Shown here piece after piece: positions 33,201 through 47,576 of a stretch of DNA of 64,000 nucleotides. The notes beneath the pieces were generated by a model. That model saw only the letters and a program-made list of their open reading frames with translations. It did no database searches and was not told the DNA's origin. Made by a program: the position numbers and the translations under genes. The DNA comes from Ascidiella aspersa. Lineage: Eukaryota. Within the stretch, counting starts at the first letter, position 1, and the number at the start of each line of letters is the position of its first letter. The stretch is from NCBI GenBank assembly GCA_963924565.1, contig OZ004607.1, forward strand, positions 33,232,001 through 33,296,000. Reading direction: 5' to 3'.

Positions 33201-36200
33201 ATATAGACCTATAGACACTGATGGATAGATTTCGCCTTTTATAAAGCTCCAAACAATGTAGATGGGCCTTTGATAGAGCTTTAACAAATCAAATCAATAT
33301 ACTGGATGAGTACTCTCCGATGTATTTTCCTGGGAAAATACACTTGATATGCAACGTCCATGGATTTGGGGTTAACGTTTTATTCGCATCGTCTGAAAGA
33401 GTGTCAGCCACTTGTGCCTTTGATTGATTTGTCTAGATCGTTCTGGGCCTGCACCAACGCTGACGACTTCTTCCTTACAGGTTCATAGATTAGAACAGCG
33501 GTTCCAAGCATTTCTGGCAGGCTCTTTTGCGTCCTTAACATGATAAAGAATATCATCAGTTTTAAAACAAAGAAGATTAAAAATAACGGTAAAATATAGT
33601 TACTCTGAACTCTCGGTAGTGCGCTATTTGCAAAATACAAACCCTTGCTGTACGCCAGGTGAATTTCCGCCGGCTAATTTAAATATATCAGTCAATAAAT
33701 TGAAAAAAATGTTGGACGGGCCAAGTTATAATACCACTGTCCTGGAATTTATAGGTTTAAGAAAATTTAAAATGTATCCTTAAATTCGACGCGACCATAA
33801 AGCTCTACTCTAAGGCCTAGAACTACATAAAGGAGACATGTATTTCTTGTTGAGATATTTGTCAATATCTAAACATTTATTTGTGTTATTAAAAAATACA
33901 TTATTTATTTTTTTATTATTTTTTTAACTTGCTTTAAACCCAACAAATCATGTTGTGCATACAAAATATATAATTTCTAGTGACAAAAATCTGATAGCAT
34001 TGTAATATAAAAATTCGTAGACAATATCTCGGACCACAACTTGTATTGTCTAGCCAGCCGGAATCAATATTTATTCTCTAAGCAGGAAGCTTCCCACGTC
34101 AAACTATTGCAAGATCGTATCACCTGCTGTAAGAAAACAATGCGACGATGGCGAGTTCAAATAAAACCAGGTCGTTTACTCGGTAAGATTCAAAGTCTAT
34201 CGCCCTCTAAGGCAATGAGACAGACTGCAATCCATCTTCCTAGCGATAGCGCCTGTCGTCTGCGCTAGATGGCAAGCAATCTTCATACACGCATGCAAAC
34301 TTAACTCTGCACGGCACAACAACGCACATCAGGGTTGTTTTGTTTATTTGCGGCCACGGAGACAGGTAATCAGCCAAAGGCTTGCACGTGCGTAAGTAAC
34401 GCAGCACCCCAAATGTAGGTTTCTCACGATTTCGATCGTTGCCTCGATAGATGCCTATCTGGTGTGAAGATTGGACAAGGTAAACACTGAAGTTGTGTTG
34501 TGGAGACTTTGCAAGGAGATGGTGTCATGAACATATTCGAGATTAAAGTTTGAACGCTTGTCTAAGTAACCATTCGGGATTTTCAACGTCATTTTACTTT
34601 TTTTTATTTGGTTTTCAACTTTTTGTTCAAACATTTTTATATAGGCCTATATGTTTATAAGCGTTTTCGGAGGCTTTATGTGAACTATATATATATATAG
34701 GTATATATATAGGCCTGTTTTTATAACCTGTTGCTACCAGGTATGATTAATCACAATTATAGCTCCTCTGTTAATTGTTTTTGTTCTTCAACCTTAACTT
34801 CCTACACAGGTCGCCTTCTTCAAGGATAATGACACCGAACAACAACTTTTATTGTAGTTTATTTTTACATGCAAAATAAACATGATTGATTAAAATGGTT
34901 ATAGATCCAATCTTGCTTTATTTGATGGTGACGAGCGAATAATCGAAAAACCAGTTTATACCCTAACTTATTTCTTCGGCTTAACGTATTACCAAATATT
35001 TTAAAATTACAAAATTGTGGGGCATATTAAATCTTCCAGGGGTGGACAAAAAAAAAAAAAATCCAGTCGCTCAAGTTTGCGTTGCTTAGAACCAACCAAA
35101 TACATTGCAGCACTTCCTATATACTCAACGCATTGAAATCTATCTTGAAAGCTATTGTTGAACCGCCATACTGTGTTGGCAACAGAAACGTAGGCGGTTC
35201 AATGCTACTGTTTGTTTTTCCCAAGTTTCTCCCGTTGCCATCGCATCTCACCTAACATTACCAAGCCGCAAGGTACAACCTGAATGTCCCCTTAGCTCAA
35301 GCTTGGGAACTTCAAAATCGAGCTCCTCGCGATGGCCATTCGTCTTACTCGAAAGCCGCTTGGATGTCGATTGCGACTTGTTACAGATCCAGGGTGTTTT
35401 TGTTAATGCGACCTTAGTGTAAGTCAAGCTTTGTGCGACTACTCCACAAACTCGACTTCTATACACTTGTAATAGCTCTATAGCATCACATTTATCCCTT
35501 AAATCAGCTCGATGATGCCCATTTTTTATCACCAAAGTTCTGGGAGTCCTACAATCAAAGCTCTGCAAAAGACAGTTAAAATTCAAATCTCGCACGCGAA
35601 ACATTGTTTTAACGATATTAGGTGCGGATTCTAAAAAATCAAAGAAAAAAAAATAGGGTGCTTTTAGGCAAGTTATTGTAAGTAACACATATTCTTCTTA
35701 ACATAGAACTGTACAACAACACTACAAACACAATTAAAGTTGTTGCAGCCTAGCCCAAGGAATTACGAAGTAAATACTCGGTTTACATAGTTTGCATAAG
35801 ACTGTTATTCTGGCATAAGCTTCTATACAATAGGAATGTGAACGAAACTAAATGTTTATATTTTGCACGATTTTGATTACTCTGACCGTGTTATCTGTTT
35901 TGTCAGAAAACCTGATCTGTTTTTACTGGAGTAGGGATTTTTAGTGACCTTACCAAAAAATTGCAAAGTCCACATCCATAATTAATTAGATCAGACAAAA
36001 AAATTTTTCATTTCGTCATGCGCAGTTTAAATATCTCGGGATTTCCTTTAATATATCGGTTGCTTCTTAAGGGTTTCAGGTTGCCGCGGGAAAAACGGAT
36101 AACTTGAAACTTTAAACGGCAAACCACTCAAAAATTTCCGAAAACTATCGGTCAATGGAAAAATATCCAGTCACGACCGTTTTGCTACAAGGTAGTTTAT

Positions 36201-38725
36201 CCTCGGCATTACTGCGATGCCCTAATAACTAAATTTGGTGTTTAGAAAGAAAAAAACCCGAATCCTTTTTAAGCAGTTTTGCTTAGGGTACTTATAACAA
36301 AATTTCCCGAGGCATATTGGCACTCTCCGCAGCCCCAGGCCTATTTAAAGCTTCTCCTTGCCTAGAGTCTGTTAACAGCTCGTTTGTGACATGAATGTCA
36401 AGATCAACAAAGAACGGTAAAAGCGAAACAAGTCACAACTTTAATACATTAGTTAACATCAAATGGAGATACACTTTATTTGTTTCATTGGTTTATGGGG
36501 GTGCCATTCAATGCTCGTATATATTTAACAGCCCACTAAAAACAATATATTTTTCCAGAGTTGACGCCAAAAGTTACGTCATAACGTGACGTCGCAATTA
36601 AAGTTACATATAAACGTGACGCCATAAAAAAGTAACCTTAATAACGGCAAACAGTAGACTATTTCTATTTTGTTAAAGTTTAAGGTCATCGGAGAGAAGT
36701 TTCTCTCAATACAAAAGCTTTTAGAAATATAGGTTATCGATTCGCGAAAAGCGAAAAAAACGCCTTTATATTGTTTAAGTTGCCAAACCTTTTAATTTCG
36801 AGGATACGATGAGACGAACGACGACTTTGGAATAAAACTTAAATAAAATGGACTGAGCCACACTAAAAGGAAATTTTAATTCGCGTTGACTGCGAATGTT
36901 TTTGCATTTACGTATAGTTAAAATAGGCAAAGTATTGGGTGTTGCATAGACCGTGCTCCCCAATAGCCAATCGTGCAAAACCATAATTAAACAAGGGCAT
37001 ACTGCCATTAACTACCGAGCACCAAATTAACGTAACCATAAATATCCGGCGGTTTAAATCATACTAAACGATATTTAACCCGATCGATCAGCAGTCTAAA
37101 GAAATCAGATAAACATTAATTAGAAAAAAAATATAGCCAGTGATTGAAATATCCTGTACAATATTGGTAACACTCAGTTGTTCATAATAAAGTGCGTTGT
37201 TTCTCGAAGTAGAATTACGTAACTTTAATAGCCAAGACAGGAAGAATAAGTCATTTATCAATCAATCTTTTCAGCGCTATACTTGTATATAACAAGCGAA
37301 AATAGCCTATCAGTGCTAAAAAAAGAAAAATTGCGTTTTGTTTACAAACATAATTACATGCACATTAATTATATTTTTGGTAAGTTATTATGTTTTCGTC
37401 ATCGAATAGGTGATTACATATTTGTAAATACAAGGGTTACATAACATTAAATCAGATCACTTAAATTGGTGCACTCAACGCGAGATGTTAGAAATCTGGA
37501 AAATATTGGCGAATTGTATCCTTTAATGTACAAGGTATGTCATTTAACAATGTAAATAAGCCGCAAGTGCCTCGGCTATGTTACGCTTTTTCGCGATGCT
37601 ATCTTCTGTGCGAACTTCCGGTATATGCCCAATCAATTGTTGCCGATACACAAAAGTAAATGGTTGTTAGTTGAGAGCTTTTCCTATTGTGTGTTTTCTT
37701 GTGCTTTTTTCGTCATCTTATTATTTTTTTAAATGTCAAGGTAACAACAGTAGCCAATTTTTTTAGCATATAAAATATTTGACTTAAATTACTAGCATTG
37801 CTGGACTAAATACGGGGCACATTATAACATCGAGATAAAGCAATAAAGGCGAAAACTTAACAACATTTATGTTGTTGGGATTTTCGCGTTAAACTAATAT
37901 GTTTAAAGTTTTAAATAACATTTTTAGTTTAATTTGAAAAAAAGACTGTAACTATCATAGCTATGAATCACCGAACAAGCCTTTTTGGATGAACATAGGC
38001 TACCATCGGGTCTTTCCGCCGGGTTTCAAATCCAAAGTTTTAATAAAATATTTGGACAGATTTTGTTTATTTCGCAGGTCGGCTTAGATTAGGCACAAGT
38101 TACGCTGCTGTATAAGCGTGACTCATATTTACACGGCAAAAAAAACGTAATTTATACCGAAACAACGAACGTGATGTCTCAAAATACGTACGTTGCGGGT
38201 TTAAATAAATGCGTTTAAGAGCTTTAAAATTCGTGGATATGTAGATATTGGTGTAACTTTGAAATTATGTAAATCAAGTTAGACAACATGCACTAATGGG
38301 CTACTTTTCAGGAGAAATCAAACCGTAGTCCTCCCCAACATTGTTTTTCAATTTTACTTTGTAAATGTCAATTTTGGAGCAAATGGTTTGAGGTTGTAGC
38401 AAGAAGTAGTAAAAATATCAAAGCCTATACAGAAGTAGTTAGCAATTTGACCGTTTCGAATATCTCTTTTTAACGCGAATAAGAGTTATACGCGATTTTT
38501 TTCGAATATACGCAATGTTCTTTTTAGATTAAATGCAATTTAGCTGCACATTTGCGCAATGTAACTTTGTGACGTCATCCCTAAAACTCTTCATGCGCCT
38601 TAAAATTCTGGATTGGCCCCTGGTACTAAATAACCAAATCAGGCGCTGATCTCCTCATAAAACTGCATTTTCTCGTCAAATAAATTTTCGATTATTTTGG
38701 AATGTGTTGGAATTCATTTGAATCG

Positions 38726-38788
<63 letters not shown>

Positions 38789-38790
38789 AT
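38726..38790. repeat. Compound (TA)n(TG)n microsatellite
   Basis: Directly visible. Confidence 0.95.
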
Positions 38791-40042
38791 AGCATACAAC
38801 ATCTTAAACGATAGGCTATACACTCGCTATTAATCCACTACTTAAATTCAAATACAATTTGTCTTTATACAGTGCCACCTGATTCCTCTACTTAAATTAT
38901 GTTTCTTTTTGTGGTTGTATATTACTCAGAATAACTCCGGTGTGCTAATGCATCTCAGGGCATATACGCATTTCGACACTGAAGCATGCAACAGTAAATA
39001 AACACGACATAAAACAGGCTGACGTTTTGTTTAATCAAGATTGCGTGTTTTTTTTAACGTTTAGGTGCAGTTCAGTTTAACAAAGCAAGCGGCTGGCTCC
39101 CTTTTTCACCATGCTATTTACGTTTTGCACCTTGTTTTGCACCCCTGGGCCTTCAGTTTACCAGCACTCGCTTCCAAAGCATTGACATTTTCCTTCATTG
39201 GCATGCGTGACTCATCAGGCAAAATGCGTTGGCTCAGAGAAGCCGCCGCGAAATTAATCTGGACAACTCGCCACCACAAACTTATCGTGTTTTGCCGATA
39301 AGGCATTCCCAAGTCTTATGCTAAAGATCACGGCCCTCGCACTCAGATGAATCACCAAGGCCGCAAATATTTTGCTGTTCCAACATCACGCCGACCAATA
39401 GGCTCGCGCAAAGGAACACCTGTTTTTAAAAGATGTACTTCCTGTAATGTTCTTTCTCGGTTCAATTTATGCAATATACAGGCATTGAACGCATGGGTCC
39501 TTAATTTTTTTTAACATGTACCCCTAATACATTGCTGATTTATGTGAGCAAGATTCGGCAAGGATTTTTAGAGGTGACATCCTAAATTGACGTCATTCAA
39601 GTAGACCTAAGAAAACCACTACTTTACGTCAAACTTATACCCCAAGGGGTCATAAACCCCAACTTAAGAACATAATTCAGTGGTAACCATATTTCTTTAC
39701 GAGGAAGAATAAAAATATCAAAAGCCATTGCTGCCAGCTTTGTATATTACTTTGTTTGTATTTCTCTTTATCTGTAATGTATCTGCTTTTAAAACAGGAC
39801 AAACGACAGTTATAAGTCTAAACACAAAAGAGGCGCCGTAAAAACCGCTCATCACATAACCCTGGGTAACTGAGCCTTAAAAAGCAGCACTCTTCTGATG
39901 CAAAAGCAATGTCATTTCTACACAGGACATTTTTCGAAAATATCATTCATCATTATCAAGGTGTTGTCACCTTGTTGAATCAATCCCTAATGACATTTGA
40001 ATTTATTATCGTTTGTAAATGTTTTTTGGCGATCATCCCTGA

Positions 40043-40428
40043 CAGGGCTGCGGAGTCGGTTAAAAACAACCCGAGTCCGACTCCGGTCAAATGTGCGATT
40101 TTGCCGAGTCCCGAGTCCGGCCCAGACTCTACAGCTATTTTGCCGGTTTACTTAACTTAAATAATAGATATTGAGTAATCAACTTATAGGGTTGTCGTAT
40201 AATTCATTCACTCACAATATATGTTGGAATATATTCCACCATATGTTATTCCACTTTTACAATTTCCAGTTGGCGGCCATATAAGTTTCAAATTTGGTGC
40301 TGCGCATGCGCATGTCGGACTCGGGAATCGGGTAGTTTTACGTAGTCTTACTCGAGTCCCGAGTCCGACTCCAGCAAAACAAACCGACTCCTAGAGTCCC
40401 CGAGTCCGACTCCGACTCAGCAGCCCTG
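40043..40428. mobile_element. hAT-like MITE with GAGTC/GACTC subterminal repeats
   Basis: CAGGGCTGCGGAGTCGG/CCGACTCAGCAGCCCTG. Confidence 0.8.
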
Positions 40429-41886
40429 CTTATTATGACGTTCTATGACTAAAACGGGTTTCTATATATATAAAGTCATTTCATTTAGTGAATAAATTTA
40501 TGAATTTTGACAATCGATACTTTAACATGAAAGAAGTTTTTCTGATTTCGAACACCTAATTGATTGAAACCAAACAATCGAAATGCTTGTTTCTAAGTAT
40601 CTTTCGTATAGCGTCATGTAAATAGTGAAAGACGTCATGCCAAAATGTTTTTGTAAAGAGTGAAACGAAAAAATACGCATCTCAATGCGTTGCGTAATAT
40701 CATGCCAAAAGCGAAAAAAGCCACGAAAAACAATTTGAATAAAAACAATAATTGTTTGCATTTCGCTTTGTTTCGATAACGTCATGTTAAGCAATTTGTA
40801 TAAAGGGGTAAGATAAAACAATGCAAGTGTTCGCATATAGAGATATTTCGCTACGTCAATTCGATTTCGGTATGACCTGGTTTCTAAATGGACTATTTGA
40901 CAATGGAAGTAAAAATACCCGCTATAGACATTGACCACTTGCCTGGGCGAAACAATAGGAACGTTTGGAAAAACACGTAACGTACTGGACTGCTAGATAA
41001 AAGTCTTTGTATTATTAAGACTATATTGGGGTTGCCTAGTAGTTTATTAAACCCTTTTCCGTGGTAAACGTATATGCTTTATTAGTCAGCCTATAAAGTT
41101 GTACGCCTTCACTGTGCGGTCAATTCAAATAGAAATGCTGTCAAACTTCTAATTATATGTATTTGGCGATTTCCAAAGGGTGTAATAGAATTTCATATAA
41201 TATGAAGAATAACATATAGTTGTGTTCCGTAATATATAGTTGTGTTCTATAATATAATAAGCACAAATCTCGAAATGAAAACCCAGCAGCAATCCTAATA
41301 CGAAATATGTCGGAAACCATGTTGCCATTGAATTAGCTCCAAATTGCATTATTCCGTCTATGACACGCAACAGTATTTTTCATATTTAATCAACAAAATA
41401 AAAAAATAGTCACCTAATTAAGATTAAACTGCTGTGTGAACTGTAGTTTATTTAAAAAGACTAGTTTCGTTGCAGATTATTATGACAATTGTAGAACCTA
41501 ATTACTAAGTCATACCATCGTGTTTTGCTATTTAGAAACACACACCACACCCACGTCGAGCATAGTCTTGAAATTCTTGCGGTTATGGTATTTGCTATTT
41601 AAATATTACTCAGAATAACTCCGGTGTGCTAATGGATGTTAAGGCATATGAAGCATGTAATAGTAAATAAACACGACATAAAACAGGCCGACTTTGGTTT
41701 AATTAAGGTTGCGTGGGCAATTTTGAAAAATCGATACCAAGAAGTACAAAATTACGAGGTGAAAAATGGAACATTAGATCGGGGTTTGTTTGAAACAATA
41801 AAGGTGGAACATGGAAGTAAGATATGAGCGTATTTGAAATGTAAATGTTGTCTTGACAGGAAAACAGAAACAATTGACATCATTTC

Positions 41887-42212
41887 CAGGGATGTCCGAT
41901 ATATGGTGTTTTATTACGATATCCGATATTTTGGGCAAAATGACGACCGTCCGATACGATAAAGAACGACTTTTTTGTGTTACAAATTAATCACATTCAT
42001 ATAATTAAGAATTGGAAACACTTTTTCAGGTCGAACAAAAATGTAAATTAGCTCTAAAAAAGTAAGTGACTTTCGACTGAAAATTCACGTTTTTCCGAAA
42101 TTTTGCATTTCCTTAGTAAAAAAACCTTGCGTCACAAACAGCGACTGAAATGCCCAAATACAGTTGTTATCGGTATTGATCAAACTCTTTACGATATTAA
42201 CAGACATCCCTA
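41887..42212. mobile_element. hAT MITE, AGGGATGTCCG family
   Basis: CAGGGATGTCCG...AGACATCCCTA. Confidence 0.72.
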
Positions 42213-42820
42213 AATATTATTATGGCTGTTGAAAGTTGCCTTGGTTGACAAGCAGGCCAAAAAGGCCGAAATATGCGGCCAGTTTACGATGATCGCAACG
42301 TTTGCTTTGTATAAATACGCCGTGTTATTAACAGACACACTGTGGTGCGCTTTAAGCTGTCAAACAATTCCAATTTGCGGAAAAATGTTTAGGCTCGTCT
42401 ATGGAGAGACGCACCTGTGGCGCACTTAGTAAAACCGTCCAGCATACTTTTCACATATTGTTTCCCCGCATTAAGTCAGGCCTTTATAAGGTTTTACTTA
42501 ACCGTACTTTGGGAACCTTGTTTTAAATTAGTGGTTCTCTTTAATGGTGGTACGCCAGAACCAGATATTACAGGAAAATCACCACTGATTTAATATTTTT
42601 GCGGATGCCTTATGTTGTATTTTCTCTTATCCACATTAAATCGGCGAGGAAGAATCACAACCATGGGGCTAGCGCTGTTGTGCCTTTTATGAATTCAGTT
42701 TGTAAGTATGTTTGAACCTATAAATAAGTAAAGCGATCAAAGAAGTTGACAAGTCCTTCTTATAATCAACAAAAATAAAAATTTTTGCTTTGAATTAGTT
42801 GAAAATTGTTACAGCTAACG

Positions 42821-43144
42821 CAGGGGTTCTTCAAGTGGACCCCTTGGTGGTTCGTGAACTAGTTTTAGGGGGTCCATAAAGGCCTAATTAAAATGTTAGT
42901 GTATACTTAAGAAGTATTTAATTTTTTTTTAAAGTTTAATTAAAAATAAAACGTTTATCACTGAATGTATTTCGACTCCATTTCACGTGCACAATTTTTT
43001 GGCCGAAGTCAGCAGATTTCTGGAGTAGATTTGTATTTTATATCAATTTAGGAAGTCATCTCTAAAAAATTCTTACCTATCGTGGTCCACGGAAAGCAAA
43101 TAAAAAATCCGGGGTCGGCGGTAAAAAAACTTTGAGAACCCCTG
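42821..43144. mobile_element. hAT MITE, same family as 23829-24142
   Basis: CAGGGGTTCT...AGAACCCCTG, colinear internal similarity; TSD agctaacg/agttaaag. Confidence 0.82.
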
Positions 43145-44818
43145 AGTTAAAGCGAGAGTAAAATGGCCCGATGTGGTACGCCGCGACACAGAAAACATAA
43201 TGAAGCCCTTCTTTTAATCGACCACCTCCTTCCGGTTTGCTAGATGTGCATTACATCCTGGCGTATAGTATATTGACTCTTGATGAATCGCGGCTTTCTG
43301 ACAATAAGGCGTTGCGCTTCTATAACGCCCAAACAGCGACAGTGAAACAGGAGAAGCGGACGGCCACAACAATGCACTGGGACGTGACGTAACAATAAAG
43401 GGGGGGACGTGACGTCAGAATACAAATGACTAACCCTCGATGTGTCCCCCTGTCCCCGGAACAGAACCGAAGTGCAAAACAATTGCGATTTCTAAATTTG
43501 GCAGGCGCTTCCTTCGAGGCAAAATAAGGCCGTATGTTGTATTTGCGTCTTTGTGATATCATTTTCTATTTTAACGCTTCGCTAAGCGGAGTAAACAAAA
43601 CGTGACAACAACCGTTTTGCAGCTTCGCGAAACGGCATTTTCAAGATAGGGGTATAGGTTTGTTAATCACGTTGCTAATTGTATCACAATAAATAAATAA
43701 ACTAATTCCAAAGCAGGGCTAATTATTATTCTTTTTCAAGGATGTTTAAAACATTGAAAAATTGCTATCTTAATGGAATAGCGTTGTCAAATATATAGTT
43801 GCAACTATAGTCTACGACTTTGCAAAACGTTTTTTTTTTTTGCGCCATTTTTAAAAAAATCGCATTAGTTTGCTGTGAAACTTATGTTCTCAATTGTTAG
43901 CAATTTGTCTTCGGAAAACTAGCTAGCTGTTTTTTACTTACTGAATACTCATATCCTAAATAAATCTGTATAAGAATAAGGTTAGAAAAAAATAAAACAC
44001 TTATACCACATAGATCGGAAATTCTTTAACTGTATATGCAAAATCCAGTGCCCTTCGAGAGATTCTTAAGTGTGCGCGAAAAGTTTTTAAAAGTTTGAAA
44101 AAAAATTATAGTTTTACAAATAGGCTCCGCGAGTTTTGTTTTATTCTTTTAGTGTCCCACAGAAAACACAAGTTAGAAAACACGTAACCTATAGAGTGAC
44201 ATCGGTAAGTCTGCCAAAAGAGGCTTAAATCACTCGGATCGTTCTCAATAATTACCATTTTGTCATGTTTCTACTTATAATATATGTACCATTAATATTA
44301 GAACGTTCAAATTGCCGTTTTAAATTGTAATATATGTCCTTAATTAGTTGTCAACAAGAACCAAAATAAACAAGGATTTCCTTTTTTAGCTTTGAAACAA
44401 CAGAGTACTGCAGTTAACGCAGTGCTACAGCGAGCACAGTTTTTTGTATGTGCATTATAGTGCGGTTTGCGGGGGTGTTCTTATTTATTTTTTTTGCACC
44501 TCGTAAATCTCGCCAAACTTGCCAAATAACAAAAAACACTGTCACGCAGATGACAAAGGATTGTTCAACAAACCATCAGTTTTTAAAACATAAGATACAA
44601 TACAGTTATGTATTACCTACAGCTTTATGTCCTAAAATAGATCTGACAATATCAGCATAGATGAAATGAGACGATACTTAGTTGTTGTTTTCCTATTCCA
44701 TCGTGAAAGTGTGAACATATATGTTTTAAAACTTAGGAGTATACCTGCTATACATTTCAAATTCGCAAAGAATTCGCTTAGATTAACTTAGAAATTAACT
44801 TTAAAACGTTCGATGTCA

Positions 44819-44864
44819 TTTACCCTGAGGAAGGCGACTTAATGTTTGCCGAAACGTTGGTTAA
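44819..44864 (+). ncRNA. Minimal hammerhead ribozyme, family C
   Basis: tttACC-CTGAGGA-a-GGCGA-cttaatgt-TTGCC-GAAAC-GTT^-GGTtaa. Confidence 0.7.
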
Positions 44865-45462
44865 CAATTACAATTACAAGAGGAGCTGTGTTTGATTAAT
44901 TGGAAAACCTTAAAAACTCAAGGCTCAACGCTATTTGTTACGTGTCGTCAAAACAGGGGTCGTTCGCGGTCAATATTCGACTCCATCGCTCACCACACGA
45001 AATCCCCTTTCCCCTATTTCCGCAAAACTTGTTTTGGACGGAATTTAACTCGAAAGCAAAGTGCTCGAGCGATATAAACGAGCCGACAAGAACGCTCAAC
45101 GATCGAGCCAAGTGCCATCGTGGTTCTACTGAGGGCAATCAGGCGCGCGACAAAAATAGGCACTCCGACAGGAATATCTCAACCTTGACCCACTCACGGT
45201 GCCTCGTTTCTTGTGGAAAGACGTCGCGATCTCGGCAGCTTGCGAGCCACTTGCTGACGCCGCACAATTAACCCCCTCGGCCGGATTACAGCGACACAAC
45301 AAGACTCGAATGACAGGCAAGTCACTTTAAAAAAAACAATTCCAGTTTGGTGATTGGATTCTGGTAGAATACGATTTAAACTATTAAAATTTGGCGTTTA
45401 ATAGCTTGAGAAGCGCACCGCTTCGAACACCAATCAGTCAGCGAGGTCTAAAACTTTAAATT

Positions 45463-45507
45463 TAAATATGCATATCGCCACCTAAACTAAATGGCATCAT
45501 CAGTTTA
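45463..45507 (-). ncRNA. Hammerhead motif, family D, with GAAA>GATA mutation
   Basis: Reverse complement: TAAA-CTGATGA-t-GCCATTTA-gtt-TAGGTGGC-GATA-TGCATA^-TTTA; 8-bp stem II. Confidence 0.6.
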
Positions 45508-47576
45508 TCTATAAAAATAAATAGTTAAAAAATTAAAAATGATGCGCCTTCTGTAATCAAGATGAGTGGTATATATAGTCACAGTAGGACAGGGGTTGCA
45601 CCAAAACATAGTCGTTTGGAATTCGACATTTATAGTTATTATGTAGAAACACTTCTGACCCAATTATAATAGCGAAGCTTTGGTGACCCAACTCTATTCA
45701 ATGAACTTTTTCAATCAAAAAAAATGTGAAATAAATAAATAGAATACATCCCAAACTAACATGAACTAACACAAGCTGCGTGTAACACCGACCACTAAAG
45801 TAAAATAAGATTAAGAACCTTAATCCGTAAAACGGCTACCGGGGGCCACTGTTAAAAAAAACCAGGCCATTTCGATTTAATTTCAGAACCTCGAATCTAC
45901 CTTCGAAAGTTAATCCACTGTACCTGTTTAACAGTTCAAGGTGCAAACGCCCCACTTAGTCACTATGGCTATTGCTGAAATGCAAATCAAATCAAATCGC
46001 ATCAAACGAGTGTTTTTGAAAACGCCAGGCTACGGTGTTTTTGGCCTCGGCTTTTGCCAAATTTCGGCCAGTGTTCTTCGCTCGAATTTTTGGTGCTCGT
46101 TTAGAAAGCCTATATTTTATTATGCGAATTAGCGAAGCAATATAAAAATCAACCAAATAAAATAACGTTAACGAATCTGTTTAGTGAAATATGGGAAAAC
46201 GTTTCTATAGGAAATAGGTACCTTAACATAAGGACAACGTTTAAAAATAAGTACGAAATAACCAGCCAGGCGATACAAGCAGCTGTGCTGGCACAATTGG
46301 TCATTTGGAAATGATATATTTGGCTTGCGCTGCTTTGGCCAAAATACTACACTGGAAAGATAACCGGATGTCAACATTTCAGGTAAAATTTGAATCGCAA
46401 TTGTGTTATATTGCAGTTTAATATAATTTTAGATATTAAAATCATAGTTTGAAGAGAACCTTTAGTCGATGTAGCCTTTAGCAAACCAAAGGCATGTAGG
46501 CCGCGGCATCACTTGTTTTTTTACATTATACAGTAAACTTTTATATATTACAAACGTTCAGTTTGCTAATAGAAAAGCATTTAGGTAATGAAACACCTTA
46601 GGTAATGAAATATTCTACTTTTTAGGCAAGCCTGTTTTATAACGCATTTACCAAATCAGAGGCATATAGGTGGTGGCATCAAATGTGTTTTATGGTATAA
46701 AGTAAAGTATCCGAAAGTTTGCATATAGCAGAGGTTTGTAACTTATGCGTCTTTCAATTTCATTAGATGTCGCAAAATATCTCCATTGCGAGAATAAATA
46801 ATATTACAGATAATAATATCCGCTGACCTTTGCATTCGATCTTTTTGTCACAAAAAAGTGCATCAATCGATTATTATCATTATTTTCTAAAACAAACAAG
46901 TAAATAAATTCACTTTAATGTAATGATTTAAAAAAAAATAATAAATATAGTAAAATTGCTATTGCTGAGTGCGCCGAAAGTCAATCAACTTTTCTGAGGG
47001 CGTCGCAAGAAAATCGTTTGCAAGTCATTTGCTTATATAGGAAGGCAGTTACGTAATGTTATGGAGTTAATGGCTCACGCTTGACATTTATATCGGATGC
47101 GTCAGAGCACACCGCTCGGGCGAAAATGGCCGTTTGCCGCAAAATCGTCTCACAAAAAAAGTGTTACGAAACAACCCAACGTGTTACGAAACCGTTGAGC
47201 CTGTACTACTTGCAAAAATATTTAAAAAAACATCGAAATTGTTATATAAGAGTTGACAAAAATCCTGAAAAAATGTTACGCAACCAACCAGGCGTTGTAA
47301 GACATAACTTGTCATGGCTTTTTGTCGAAATCTGTTGCGAAACAGTTTTAATACTTCCTAATATGTCGCAAAACCTTCACTCATGCTTTAATCAGTTGTC
47401 ATATAGTTGCAATAGTTGCGAAGAACGCTCCGAAAACACCAAACCGTGTTAAAAAAACATTGCAAAAAAGTTGCAAAGCAGTTTCTAAACTCGACAGATT
47501 CTACTCAACCAACAGACCTTTTGTTGCAACCAACAAACCAAAATTAGTTGTCTTTCTTGCCAAATATGTTTCTAAA

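Noticed and set aside
39180-39222. Minus-strand CTGATGAGTCAC...GAAA
   Set aside because: Stems do not close; better read as an AP-1-like TGACTCA site.
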